A stretch of 63,513 bases of DNA, counting the filler, from a bacterium (GTDB lineage: Bacteria; JALSQH01): the NCBI GenBank assembly GCA_026985515.1. It is 8 parts of 8 records of this genome, joined end to end, with 100 filler letters (N's around TTAATTAATTAA, not from the genome) between each part and the next. Parts side by side here need not be neighbours in the genome. Positions count along the whole stretch, not along the records: positions 29,381 to 34,431 come from JALSQH010000025.1; positions 34,532 to 39,577 come from JALSQH010000026.1; positions 39,678 to 49,084 come from JALSQH010000027.1; 5 more parts are not named here. One strand, 5' to 3'. The notes beneath the pieces are model-generated. The model did not search any database. It was not told the origin of the DNA and worked only from the letters and a program-made list of their open reading frames with translations. Positions 32,604 through 43,200 of this stretch are shown in pieces. Within the stretch, counting starts at the first letter, position 1, and the number at the start of each line of letters is the position of its first letter. A program made the position numbers and the translations under genes.

Positions 32604-34431
32604 ATGGGAAGAAAAACAGGTTTGCTAATTTTCATTATATTGGGTTTAATGCTCTCTGCGTGTGGAAGTGAGAAGAAGAAGGTAAATAAAGGGGAGGTGA
32701 TACCTGAGAGTTCCCCACCTGATACCATTCTTTTCTCCTATCCTGAGAGGATCACCACCTTTACAACTGCGGAGTTTACATTTGGATCTGATCAAAAGGA
32801 TGTTCTCTTTGAGTGTAACCTTGATGATGGGGGATGGGTGAGCTGCCTCTCACCGGTAGAGTATGATGGTTTGAGTATTGGTGAACATCGATTTCTGGTC
32901 AGGGCAGTTGATGTGTTTGGAAGACATGACGAAACCCCCGCTGAGTGGAGGTGGAGGGTAGTTACATATAAAAACATTGATATATCTTCATGGGAGTCTG
33001 AGTATCCGGGAAGTGTGAGTGGTGATTATTTATCCATTTCCGTGAATGGTGACCTCACGGCTGAGTGCAGGATTGATGGAGGCGAGTGGTTTGAATGCGG
33101 GGAAGATCTTGACATCTCATCCCTTGGCGATGGTTACCATGAGGTGGATGTGAGGGAAATTGACAACAATGGGGATATTGTGAAGGGGAAAAGAATAATT
33201 TTTGAAGTGGACAGGACACCACCGGAAGTCTATATCATTTCAGCCCCAGATTCACCTTCTCCCATAACTGACGCAGTTTTCACACTTTCCTCCTCTGAGG
33301 ATGTGGAGTTTGAATGTTATCTTGACGATGTAACTGTTGAGAGTTGTGGTAAGGTAACTGAGCTGAGGAGTCTCTATGATGGTTATCATAACTTCTGCGT
33401 CTCAGGAGTTGACAGAGCTGGTAACAGGAGTGCGAGGGTATGTTATGGATGGATTGTTGATACTGAGCCCCCCTCAGTATATTTTACAGAAGTTCCCGAA
33501 AATCCATCAAACTCACCCTATGTATCGTTTTCCTTCTCCTCCACAGGAGCAGTCTCATTTATGTGCAGACTCGATTCAGAGGGATGGAGAGAATGTTCCT
33601 CTCCCGAAAAGGATGGACCTCTGGCTGAGGGCAAACATAGATTTTCAGTCATTGCAGTTGACAGGGCTGGAAACAAGAGTGATGTTGTATCCTATGAGTG
33701 GAGGGTTGTACTTACGCCACCAGAAACCAGCATAACTGCCCAACCTCCGCTTTATTCAAACAGGAGGGAGGCAGATTTCAACTTCACATCCAGCAAAGAT
33801 GGTTCAACCTTCAGATGCAGATTTGATGAAGGAGAATGGTATGTGTGTAAGCCTCCTGAAAGATTTACCGGTTTAAGTGAAGGGTCCCACACATTCTCTG
33901 TGGTTGCAGTTGACAGGTATGGCCTTGAGGACCCAACTCCAGCTGAGTACACCTGGACTGTAGATGTAACCCCACCAGAGACCACAATAGATTCAGAGAA
34001 TCCCTCAAATTCACCCACCAATCAGACATCTATAACCTTTACCTTCTCTTCGAATGAATCAGGCAGTTTCCAGTGCAGGCTTGATGGAGGCAGCTGGGAG
34101 AGCTGTACATCACCGAAGAGTTACACCGGGTTGAGTGAGGGAAGTCACACCTTCGAGGTTAGGGCGATAGACCTTGCAGGTAATGTGGATCCATCCCCTG
34201 CCAGTTACACATGGGTGGTTGATGTTACACCTCCCCAGGTGTTCCTTGATTCCACTCCTCATAATCCCACCGATTTTAAATATTTCACATTTGAGTTTCA
34301 TGGCACTGACAACATCTCCTCAGATGTAGCTTTTCAGTGTAAAGTTGATGATGGTGACTGGTTTGATTGTACCTCTCCCTATTCCTTTTCTGCTGGTAAT
34401 GGTAATCACACCTTTTATGTAAAAGGTAGTG
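32604..34431 (+). CDS. Lipoprotein with tandem disulfide-containing Ig-like repeats (truncated)
   Basis: Lipobox LSAC; at least 7 repeats of TPP...F.C.LD...W..C.SP.....L..G.H.F.V.A.D..GN....W.VD. Confidence 0.8.
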
Positions 34432-34531
34432 NNNNNNNNNNNNNNNNNNNNNNNNNNNNNNNNNNNNNNNNNNNNTTAATTAATTAANNNNNNNNNNNNN
34501 NNNNNNNNNNNNNNNNNNNNNNNNNNNNNNN
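34432..34531. other. Assembly spacer
   Basis: N44-TTAATTAATTAA-N44. Confidence 0.98.
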
Positions 34532-34665
34532 CCGGCAGTGGAGAGGTTATTTTAAAAGTAAATGAATTCCTTCACAATTATCAATTTGCAAATAGAACCA
34601 CTTCTGACGAGTGGAAAAAATATGCTGAAGAATTTATTAAAAGGGTTAGAAAATGGGAAGAATAG
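34532..34665 (+). CDS. C-terminal fragment of an upstream gene (BatD-like by position)
   Basis: Open frame GSGEVILKVNEFLHNYQFA...KWEE* overlapping the BatE-like start; identity inferred only from adjacency. Confidence 0.35.
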
Positions 34666-35453
34666 TACTTTTCCTCATTTTGTGTTTTACACTTTTCATG
34701 AATAATCTCGCTGCTGATCCGCGCATAATTTTTTCAAAAGGTTACTCAGCCCTGTCCCATGGAGACCTTGATTCCGCACTGTCCTACTTCCGCCAGCTTG
34801 AGGATCTGCATATAACTTCTCCTCAGCTTTTTTATAATATGGGGATAATTTTTTTCGATAAAAAGCAGTTTTCTCTTTCCCGTCTCTACTTTGAAAGGGC
34901 AAAATTTCTCGATCCAGGATTCGAGGATAACAATTTTAATCTGAAACAGGTTGTATCGATTCTTGAAAGTAACTTTCCGGTGGAACTTAAAATAAATACG
35001 GGTGTTAAAGGATGGCATGAGTGGCTTTCAAAGGTTTCCCTTAAAAGTGTAATATGGGTTCTAACACTTCTGTATGTGCTTCTTTTGCTCTCAGTTATAC
35101 CTCTCTTTATTGCACGAAACTGGAAGTGGTTTACCATATTTACAGTGGTATTTATCATCTGGTTTGCTCTACTGGTGGTGGCATGGGAAAAGATAAATTT
35201 TACATTTACCCCAATGGGCATAATACTGCATAAATGTGAGATGAGAATGACCCCTGATAAACAGAGTAAAGTTATGCTTGAATTACCTTCGGGGGTTAAG
35301 ATACAGATAGTGGAGAGGGTGCCTTTCTGGATAAAAGTTACACTTGAAAATGGAATAACAGGATGGATTGCAGAGAAAAAAGTGGGTCTGATAAATCCCC
35401 CTTATTTTTTCCATGTCCCCACTGCGGTACGGAAAATTTTGTCCATCCATTGA
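34653..35453 (+). CDS. BatE-like protein (signal peptide, TPR, 2 TM, SH3)
   Basis: LFYNMG...YFERA..LDP....N.NL TPR, TM pair, W.KV.LENG..GWI SH3 end. Confidence 0.8.
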   Translation: MGRIVLFLILCFTLFMNNLAADPRIIFSKGYSALSHGDLDSALSYFRQLEDLHITSPQLFYNMGIIFFDKKQFSLSRLYFERAKFLDPGFEDNNFNLKQVVSILESNFPVELKINTGVKGWHEWLSKVSLKSVIWVLTLLYVLLLLSVIPLFIARNWKWFTIFTVVFIIWFALLVVAWEKINFTFTPMGIILHKCEMRMTPDKQSKVMLELPSGVKIQIVERVPFWIKVTLENGITGWIAEKKVGLINPPYFFHVPTAVRKILSIH

Positions 35454-35575
35454 GACTGGAAAAGATAGGGGAGTTTCCTCTTAAGTGCTGGGCGTGTGGT
35501 AAAATTATTCCTCCTGATTATGTTTTAAAATTTGTCAGGAATACTCAGGGGGGAGATAGGGATAGCCAATCTTGA
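35363..35575 (+). CDS. Possible zinc-ribbon protein/domain overlapping the BatE-like 3' end
   Basis: CPHCG...CWACG paired motifs in the -1 frame. Confidence 0.5.
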   Translation: MDCREKSGSDKSPLFFPCPHCGTENFVHPLRLEKIGEFPLKCWACGKIIPPDYVLKFVRNTQGGDRDSQS

Positions 35576-36329
35576 AGGATAACTGCCATCCTTTTCTTAT
35601 AACTTTCTCTATCAGTTTTTCTTTTATTGTTTCATTGAAGCGTGTGACTGGAACAAAGATTCCTATACCAGCAATAATTCTGGATGTGAAATCTCTCACT
35701 GGAGACGCAATTCCAATTACACCATCCTGCCACTCTTCATTTTCAAAAGCGTAACTGGTATTTTCAATGGCCTTCACTTCTTCTAACAACCTGCTTTTAT
35801 TTGTGATGGTATTGTCTGTGTATTTTTTTAATTCACCTAAAGGTGGTAAACCGTTATGCTGATCGTAATATGAGTAGAGAAGAATTTTTCCCAGGGCTGT
35901 GGCGTGTAGAGGGTATCTCTCACCGGGAGAAGCTGCAACTTTCAATTTATGCGGTGAATCTTTCACCGATATACAAACTGGATCCATCCCTGAAAATACA
36001 ACCAGCAGAGATGTTTCTCCTGTTTCTTCATTAAGTTCCGTAAGGAGAGGTTCCGAAATAACTGCCAGTCCCGATTTCTGGAGATAGCTCTGGCCAAGTT
36101 GAAGAACTTTGATCCCAAGTCTGTAAAGCTGGGTCTCAGGATTTTGTTCAATGTATCCGTATGATTCAAGTGTGGCAAGGATTCTGAATACCTTGTTTTT
36201 ATGCAATCCAGTTTTCTCACTCAGTTCAGTTATCCCCAATTCAGGATTATCGTAGAGAAATTGTTCCATGATCTTTATTGTGTCGGCAAGAACATTTATC
36301 TTGTACTCCTTCTTGTCCTTGTATTTCAT
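35535..36329 (-). CDS. IclR family transcriptional regulator
   Basis: HTH GITELSEKTGLHKNKVFRILATL, YRLG, LHATALGK. Confidence 0.95.
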   Translation of the reverse strand: MKYKDKKEYKINVLADTIKIMEQFLYDNPELGITELSEKTGLHKNKVFRILATLESYGYIEQNPETQLYRLGIKVLQLGQSYLQKSGLAVISEPLLTELNEETGETSLLVVFSGMDPVCISVKDSPHKLKVAASPGERYPLHATALGKILLYSYYDQHNGLPPLGELKKYTDNTITNKSRLLEEVKAIENTSYAFENEEWQDGVIGIASPVRDFTSRIIAGIGIFVPVTRFNETIKEKLIEKVIRKGWQLSFKIGYPYLPPEYS

Positions 36330-36355
36330 TTTTTCCCCTTTTTATCCTGTAAAAC

Positions 36356-36446
36356 AGTTTATCATAATTTTCTGGTAATGTCAATAACGGTGTGTTATTT
36401 ATCAAGTTTTTTAACGCCTTGACATGAATATAAAAAATCGTATATT
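36356..36446. promoter_or_regulatory. Divergent sigma70 promoters with an inverted repeat
   Basis: Minus: TTGACA(36384-36379)-17-TAAACT. Plus: TTGACA(36419-36424)-16-TATATT. IR AATAAC-N5-GTTATT at 36383-36399. Confidence 0.55.
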
Positions 36447-36487
36447 AAAATAAATTCAAAAATAAAACTTTTCAAAGGAGGTTGGTC

Positions 36488-36667
36488 ATGGATCCGAAAC
36501 AGATTGTCATTGATTTTCTAAGAAACAGTGGAGAACCGAAAAAAAGTGAAGAAATTGCAAAGGGAACGGGTCTTGATAAGAAAGAGGTCACGAAGATCAT
36601 TAACAAGCTGAAAAAGGAAGGAATTGTCTATTCTCCAAAGAGATGTTACTATCAGGTTAAGGAGTAG
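36488..36667 (+). CDS. Small winged-HTH protein
   Basis: SD AAGGAGG; EEIAKGTGLDKKEVTKIINKLKKEG...SPKRCYY. Confidence 0.8.
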   Translation: MDPKQIVIDFLRNSGEPKKSEEIAKGTGLDKKEVTKIINKLKKEGIVYSPKRCYYQVKE

Positions 36668-37399
36668 ATGAAGGTTTTTGATTTACCATATGATGCCTCT
36701 GGTATCTTCAAAGTAAGGGAAAACAGGTTTACAGGTATAGTGGACATTGTTTATCCTGTTAAAATGAGAGATGTGCCTGTTCATATTCACGACTCGGGGA
36801 GGTTGGGGGAGATTCTCTTTGAGGGTAACAGGGTTTATCTCAGAAGAGCTGACACGAAGAACAGCAAGAGAAAAACAAAATGGGATCTTATTGCAGGGGA
36901 TGTTAAAGGAAATATTGTTTTTACCAATTCCATGTATCACAGGAACATAGCTTTATGGAGTTTTAAGAATCTTGATCTATTCAGAGGCAGGATTGTTAAT
37001 GTACAACCGGAATTCCCTTATGGTAATAGCAGACTTGATTTTCTTGTTGAAACGGAATCTGAAAGATTTTTGATAGAGACAAAGGGATGCACTCTTGGAA
37101 TTGATAACGCAGCGGTTTTTCCCGATGCCCCTACAGAAAGAGGAAGAAGGCATGTGAAGGAATTGTTAGAAGCGGCAAAGGAGTTTAAAAAAGTGATTAT
37201 TTTTCTTGTCTTTGTACCGTGGGCAAACTGTTTTTATCCAAATGAAGATACGGATCCAGGTTTTTCACACTTATTTTTCACCGCAATTAGGAAGGGGGTT
37301 AAAAGCATTCAGCTTCAGTTTAGATATGACGGCAGAGCAATTTATTATTTGAAGGAACTGCCCATTTGCAGAAAATCACCTTTTTCTAATTTCAAGTAA
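36668..37399 (+). CDS. sfsA: DNA/RNA nuclease SfsA
   Basis: R.NRF, H.HDSGRL.E, SRLDF, ETKGCTL, FPDAPTERGRRH. Confidence 0.93.
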   Translation: MKVFDLPYDASGIFKVRENRFTGIVDIVYPVKMRDVPVHIHDSGRLGEILFEGNRVYLRRADTKNSKRKTKWDLIAGDVKGNIVFTNSMYHRNIALWSFKNLDLFRGRIVNVQPEFPYGNSRLDFLVETESERFLIETKGCTLGIDNAAVFPDAPTERGRRHVKELLEAAKEFKKVIIFLVFVPWANCFYPNEDTDPGFSHLFFTAIRKGVKSIQLQFRYDGRAIYYLKELPICRKSPFSNFK

Positions 37400-37633
37400 T
37401 CGATCAAGTAGTTCTTTATTAAATCCAACAACAGGTCTGTTGTTGATAAGGGTGACCGGTACACCTCTCTGACCAGTTCTTCTCACTATATCCCTTGCTG
37501 CAGCCGGATCCTTTGTGACATCTATTTCTTTGAATCTTATGTTATTTTTTCTCAGATATTCTTTTGTTTTCCTGCACCATGGACAGTTTGGAGTGGTGAA
37601 GATAACAACCCGTTTCTGCTGTTTTCCGCTCAT
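37376..37633 (-). CDS. Glutaredoxin-like protein (NrdH/YruB type)
   Basis: CPWC active site, GVPV, VGF. Confidence 0.93.
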   Translation of the reverse strand: MSGKQQKRVVIFTTPNCPWCRKTKEYLRKNNIRFKEIDVTKDPAAARDIVRRTGQRGVPVTLINNRPVVGFNKELLDRLLEIRKR

Positions 37634-37690
37634 ACTCTTCCACCTCGTTTTTTAGAAGTAATTTAATCTGAAAACAGGGGGTGTCAAGGG

Positions 37691-39334
37691 TTATTTCAGC
37701 TGGTCTCTGTATTCATCCTCATCCCATACTTCAGCACTGAATTTCTCAATCTTTGTATCGGGATCTTTCCAGCAACCGGGGGGAAGACCTGCTTTCAGGC
37801 ATGTGTGGTCAAGAAATGTATAGAGATCCCAGTGATATTCAACTGGCACCTGCGGGAGAAGCAGACCTCTGTAAAATCCTTTTGTAATAATTAAACCATC
37901 TCTTCCAACTTTTATCTCTGAAATATCCTTCACCGGAACCACTGGTGTTAATCTTGATATTTCAATGTGGATGAGAGGTAACTCATCCTTCCTCAGAGGT
38001 GGAAAACGTGGATCATGAAAGGCTGCCTCAATAGCCATATGCTTCACATTTTCCACAAGTGGTTCATGGGGTATTATTGTGCCAATGCAACCTCTCAGGT
38101 CACCGTGCTCTTTCAATGTTACAAAAACAGCACCGGGCTGAAGTAGTCTCTTGGTTGGTGGTTTCCAGTCAGGTGGATCCTTTCCTTCCAGTGCGTTGGC
38201 GATTGTCTGCCTTGCCAGTTTTAAAAGGAAGATTCTCTCTTCATCCGTTAATCTTTCTTCACCCAGTTTTTCAAGTTCCATCTTTCCCTCCTTATTTCCC
38301 TCTTCTTTTATAATAACCATACTTGCATAACCTACAACCCTGTCAGGTGGACCAGCTGTATCTCCGGAGTTCAGATATTTTAAGAGAAGAATTTTTCTTG
38401 GTGTTTTTTCGAAGATTTTCAGTACTGCAATTACAGGTCCCCAGCTGCACATCTCTGCTTTCTTATCTCTTACAGCGAAATAGAGGAGTTCCGGGTCTCC
38501 CTTTTTAATGTAATCTATGGTAGCTTTGTCAAGTTTCTCCGCTACATTATAGGGGTGGTAGTGAGAGAGGTCTGTACTGGCAATGTAAAAGGCTTTTTCA
38601 CCAATTACATTTTTCAAAATCTTACCCAATTTTTCTGCTGTTGAAATGTCCTGATTTCCCATGACAAGTGGAATAATTTCTATGTTATTTCCGAGAAAAT
38701 ATTGAAGATATGGTATCTGTGTTTCCACCGAATGCTCCCTCATAAAAAGAGTGTCATCGGTGGTGATCAGACCATTGCTGACTTTTATGAGTTTTCTCTC
38801 CAGTTTTCTTGCGATTTTCACCTTTCCAAGGGGTGTTTCGTAATAATCTTTGTCAAGAACCGCTACATAAGGTCTTAAGAAATAGTGGGAGATCCCGATT
38901 ATTACAAAGAGATGTGGAATTTCATTACTGTGCTTTGCGATAAGTTTGTATCCATATACTGCAACAGGTGCTGCATACCTGTAACCAGCATGGGGACTGA
39001 CAATAGCCACTATCTTCCCCTTTGTGGATGGAAGGGATGTGACCTTTGATGAGAAGTTTTCAAGCATTGAATCAATCTCTTCCCTGTTTGCTGGATAAAA
39101 TCCTCCACTGACCACAGAGTAAAATATTTCTTCATGTTTTTTAACAATTTTCTTCTTCTTGTGGCATGCGGGGAGTATCACAAAGAAAATGATTAAAATT
39201 ACCGGAAGTACCCTGTACCATTTTGCCTCTTTACGGGAAGTTTCGCTTTTTCCTTTTGATATGAAAATTCTTTCCAGTTTTATTTCTGGAAGAAGGGCTA
39301 AGAGGTAGAGAAAAAATCTTCTTGAAAACTTCAT
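37691..39334 (-). CDS. AmmeMemoRadiSam protein B-A fusion (Memo-like + AMMECR1) with N-terminal export-like extension
   Basis: GGFYP, PHAGY, EHS.E.Q, ASTDLSHY, VVGY (Memo); FVTL...LRGCIG, AA..DPRF, GRDGL, GLLLPQV (AMMECR1). ATG 39334 overlaps the amrS stop. Confidence 0.92.
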   Translation of the reverse strand: MKFSRRFFLYLLALLPEIKLERIFISKGKSETSRKEAKWYRVLPVILIIFFVILPACHKKKKIVKKHEEIFYSVVSGGFYPANREEIDSMLENFSSKVTSLPSTKGKIVAIVSPHAGYRYAAPVAVYGYKLIAKHSNEIPHLFVIIGISHYFLRPYVAVLDKDYYETPLGKVKIARKLERKLIKVSNGLITTDDTLFMREHSVETQIPYLQYFLGNNIEIIPLVMGNQDISTAEKLGKILKNVIGEKAFYIASTDLSHYHPYNVAEKLDKATIDYIKKGDPELLYFAVRDKKAEMCSWGPVIAVLKIFEKTPRKILLLKYLNSGDTAGPPDRVVGYASMVIIKEEGNKEGKMELEKLGEERLTDEERIFLLKLARQTIANALEGKDPPDWKPPTKRLLQPGAVFVTLKEHGDLRGCIGTIIPHEPLVENVKHMAIEAAFHDPRFPPLRKDELPLIHIEISRLTPVVPVKDISEIKVGRDGLIITKGFYRGLLLPQVPVEYHWDLYTFLDHTCLKAGLPPGCWKDPDTKIEKFSAEVWDEDEYRDQLK

Positions 39335-39577
39335 TGGTTCCACCTCCCGTAAATTGGGTAACCACAGTAGGGACATTTCCCATTTTTAATATGGTTTTCA
39401 ACAACAAAGTATCCTATTCTTTTTATCAGCAATCTACCGCATCTGGGGCAGTATGTTGATTCAGCCGGATGTCCCGGCACATTGCCTATGTATACATACT
39501 TCATTCCGCTATTTTTAGCAATTTCTCTGGCTTTTTCAAGGGTTTTAACCGGGGTTGGGTAAATATGTTTCATCTTG
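39331..39577 (-). CDS. amrS: AmmeMemoRadiSam radical SAM enzyme, C-terminal fragment
   Basis: PTP..TL..A..IA...G.KYVYIGNV...T.CP.CG...CP.CG..I.G.W. Confidence 0.88.
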
Positions 39578-39677
39578 NNNNNNNNNNNNNNNNNNNNNNN
39601 NNNNNNNNNNNNNNNNNNNNNTTAATTAATTAANNNNNNNNNNNNNNNNNNNNNNNNNNNNNNNNNNNNNNNNNNNN
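39578..39677. other. Assembly spacer
   Basis: N44-TTAATTAATTAA-N44. Confidence 0.98.
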
Positions 39678-40225
39678 CAACCATTACCAGTGTGGAACAT
39701 TCTATTGCCAGAATTGAAAAGAAAAATTTCCTCACTTTCTATTCAAAAGCAATCTCACAGGAAGCTGAACTCAACACCTTCCTTGCAACTCTTGATCAGC
39801 TGAACGAGATGCTCACCCGGGTCAGGGGTGGGCTTGCAATGGAAAGCTTCGCAAGAATTGAGAATTATGTCCACAACACTTCGGTAAAGCATCAGTTAGG
39901 GAAAATAAATGTTGTCTGGAGATCAAAGGAGTATGATGAGAAACTCAGCCTCAGGTTACTCAATGAAAAAGAAAAATTAAAGGAAAAGATTGACAGGCAT
40001 TACAGGTGGATTGTTGAACCAACCCATAAGCCTGTACCGGAGGGTTATTCTCCTCCAGAAATGGCAGACTACTTAAAAATGCTGTCCCTTGCAGAATCAA
40101 AGGCAAAGAACAGCATCTACACCGAGCAACTTAAAGAATTAGGAGATGCTGTTTCGCAATTGATAACGCAGTATTACAGGGTAAAAGAAGTGATAAAAAG
40201 AATGGAGACGAACCCCCTGCAATGA
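39678..40225 (+). CDS. C-terminal part of a helical protein upstream of the GltD-like gene
   Basis: Frame open from the segment start; ATGA-coupled to the next gene. Confidence 0.55.
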
Positions 40226-43200
40226 AGAAAACCGGTTTTTTCCTTACAGTTCTGCTGGTCGTACTTTTTTCAGGTATTCTGTATGCTGATAATATAGGTC
40301 TGGAAGAGAAGGAAATAGAGGCCATTAAGTTAAGGATAAGGATTTTTCATGAACAGCTTCAGGAGAGGATGAATCTGATTGAAAAAATTCTTAACAGGCA
40401 GAAGAAAAGTGATGAAGAATACATTGAACGGATTTTCCAGGAGAAGGTTGACACCATAAGGGAGAACAGCAGAGAAAAGAGAGAATTTCTCATTCACCAG
40501 CTTGAAAATTTCATACTGGAAAATAAAGATTCTCCACTGATTGCAGAACCTCTCCTCATGCTGGGAGAATTATATTACGAAAGGGACAATGATCGCTTCC
40601 TCAAAGCTATGGACGAATACGCCCGACAGCTGGAACTGTACTCAACAGGAAAAATCAAAACGGAACCACAGTACCCAAAACTTGATTACAGTGACGCAAT
40701 AGAACTGTTCCAGGAATTTGTGAAAAGATTCCCGGACCACAGAAAGCTTGAAGAAGCCCTTTACATGGAAGCATACTGTTACAATGAAATGGGAGAAGGG
40801 AAAAAAGCAGCAGATATATTCCAGGAACTTATAATAAGAAGGCCCAGCAGTAAACTTGTTCCTGAAGCTTACTTCAGATTGGGAGAATACTACTTTGACA
40901 ATGCACAGCTTGAAAAGGCAGTAGAAGCTTATAAAAAGGTCCTCTCATTTAAAACTCCCCTGTACGACAAGGCACTCTATAAGCTGGGTTGGACATACTA
41001 CCGGCTGGAAAATTATGATGCTGCAGTAAATTATTTTGTGAGTGTGATAAATTATGCCTCTTCTCACACAACAAGTATTGCCGCATCAATGAAGGATGAG
41101 GCAATCAAATACATTGCCATCAGCTTCAATGACTGGACAGGCCTTGAGGGTTTGAAAAAATTTATGGAAAAGATTGGCTGGCCTTCCTATGCTGTGAAAG
41201 TTTTTGTTGAACTGGGCAACATTTATGAACAGATCACAAAATACAGCGAGGCAATAAAGACATACAACTACATTGTTGAAAGATTTCCATACTATGAGGG
41301 AAATCTCGACCTGTTGATAAGAGTTATGAATATTCAGATCAAAGAGGATAACCTTGACGAATCCTTCAGAACAAGGTTGAAAATTGTCAAACTTTTCAAT
41401 CCTGAAAGTGACTGGTTCAAACATCAGAGAGATGAAAAGATCAGGGAAAAAGCGAAGAAGGAAGTTGAAAAACTGCTCTACGAATACGCAACATATTTCC
41501 ATTCTCAGGGACAGAAGGCAAAAAAGAAAAAAGAAAAGATGAAAAATTATGCCAAAGCAATTGAAGGTTACAGGCTATTTCTGAAACTGTTTCCAGAGTC
41601 ACCAAAGATTACCGATGTTACCTCCCTCCTGGCGGATCTCTACTATGAAATTGGTGAATATGAAAAGGCTGGTGAACTTTACAAAAAGATAACACAGCTG
41701 ATAGCTGATCCCAGAAAGAAAGCTTTTAAAGACGCAGCTTTCAGCATGGTGCTTGCCTATGTAAAGTGGCTCGATCAGTATGAAAAATCTCCAGAGGGGA
41801 AAAAGAGCCTTGAGAAGATAAAAAAACTCGAAAAGAAGATGGCAGCCCATGTAACCACTGCTACTTATTCTGTTACCGTTACCTATGGTGATCTCCCACT
41901 TCCCGCCAGGAAAATGATTGAGGCGAACAGATACTATCTTGAACTCTTCCCTACTTCACCTGACACGGCAAAAATAATTTATAAAGGTGGAGAAATCTTC
42001 ATGAGATATGGAGATTACGAAGATGCACTGAGAGAATTTGAAAAAATCGTGTACAAATTTCCTGATTCACCTCTGATTGTTGACGCAGTTAAAAATGTAG
42101 TTCACTGCTTCACCATGATGAACAGATATGGTGAACTTTATCAGTGGTCAGAAGAAACTCTCAGATTGCCCGCGGGACAGAACAGTGAAGTGAAAAAAAT
42201 TCTCAGAAAAATACTGAGCGGTGCCCTCTTCAAAAAAGCCAAGAATCTGGAAAAGGAAAAAGAATACATCAGGGCAGCTGAAACATACCTGAAACTGGCA
42301 GAGAAGTACCCTGAAGCTGAATTTGCTGACAAGGCAATTTACAATGCGGGCCTTCTTTACGATAAATCTGGCAATTACTTCAAAGCAATCAGGACTTTTC
42401 AGAAACTCGCAGAAAAATATCCCCGCTCCAGATATGCCCCTCTTGGTCTTTTTCTTGCAGCAACAATTTACGAAAAGATTCTTGATTTCCTGAGTGCGGC
42501 AGATCTTTACATTCAGGTTTTTACAAAGTATCCGCATTTTAAAAGAGCTCCGGATGCTCTTTACAACGCCGCAGTCTGGTATGAGAAGTGGGGTGATACC
42601 AGAAAAGCAGCGGAACTTTACCTCAAGTATGTGAAAACCTTCCCCAAAAGGAAAGATGTAGGTATGGTGCTGTTCTTTGCAGCGGATAATTTTTATAAAT
42701 CTGGTGACTATAAAAAGGCAGAAGCACTCTTCAGGTGGTACATCAGAGCCAGATACAAAAAATTCAGGTTAGACGCACTCTATAAGTTTGCCCAGTGCGA
42801 GAAGAAACTGAAGAAATGGAAAACTTACTACAAAACTCTTCGCCAAATCATAAAGGAATACTACAAACTGAAAAAAGCTGGGAAACCAGTTATACCTGAC
42901 TATGCAGCAGAGGCTGAATTTCAATTCGCAATGCTTGTTTACAAGAAATATGAACGGATCAAGTTAAAACTTCCCATGAAAAGGATGAAAAGACTCCTGA
43001 AATACAAAGCTGCAATGCTGAAAAAGGCAATAGCCGCCATGACAAAGGTTATAAAATTTGCCTCTCCAACCTGGACAACAGCTGCCCTTTACTACATTGG
43101 AGCTGCCTACAAGCACTTTGCAAACACTCTTTACAATGCCCCCGTACCGGCTCATCTTACTCCCGAGGAGGAAGACATTTACAGGCAGACCCTCGAAGAA

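Noticed and set aside
37376-37633. Selenoprotein glutaredoxin
   Set aside because: The active site is plain CPWC with no in-frame TGA.
39335-39376. ORF-track start at 39376 for the AmrB-A fusion (likewise 15636, 24980, 26723, 30151, 50918, 1606)
   Set aside because: Downstream ATGs fit SD position, stop-start coupling or signal-peptide position better.
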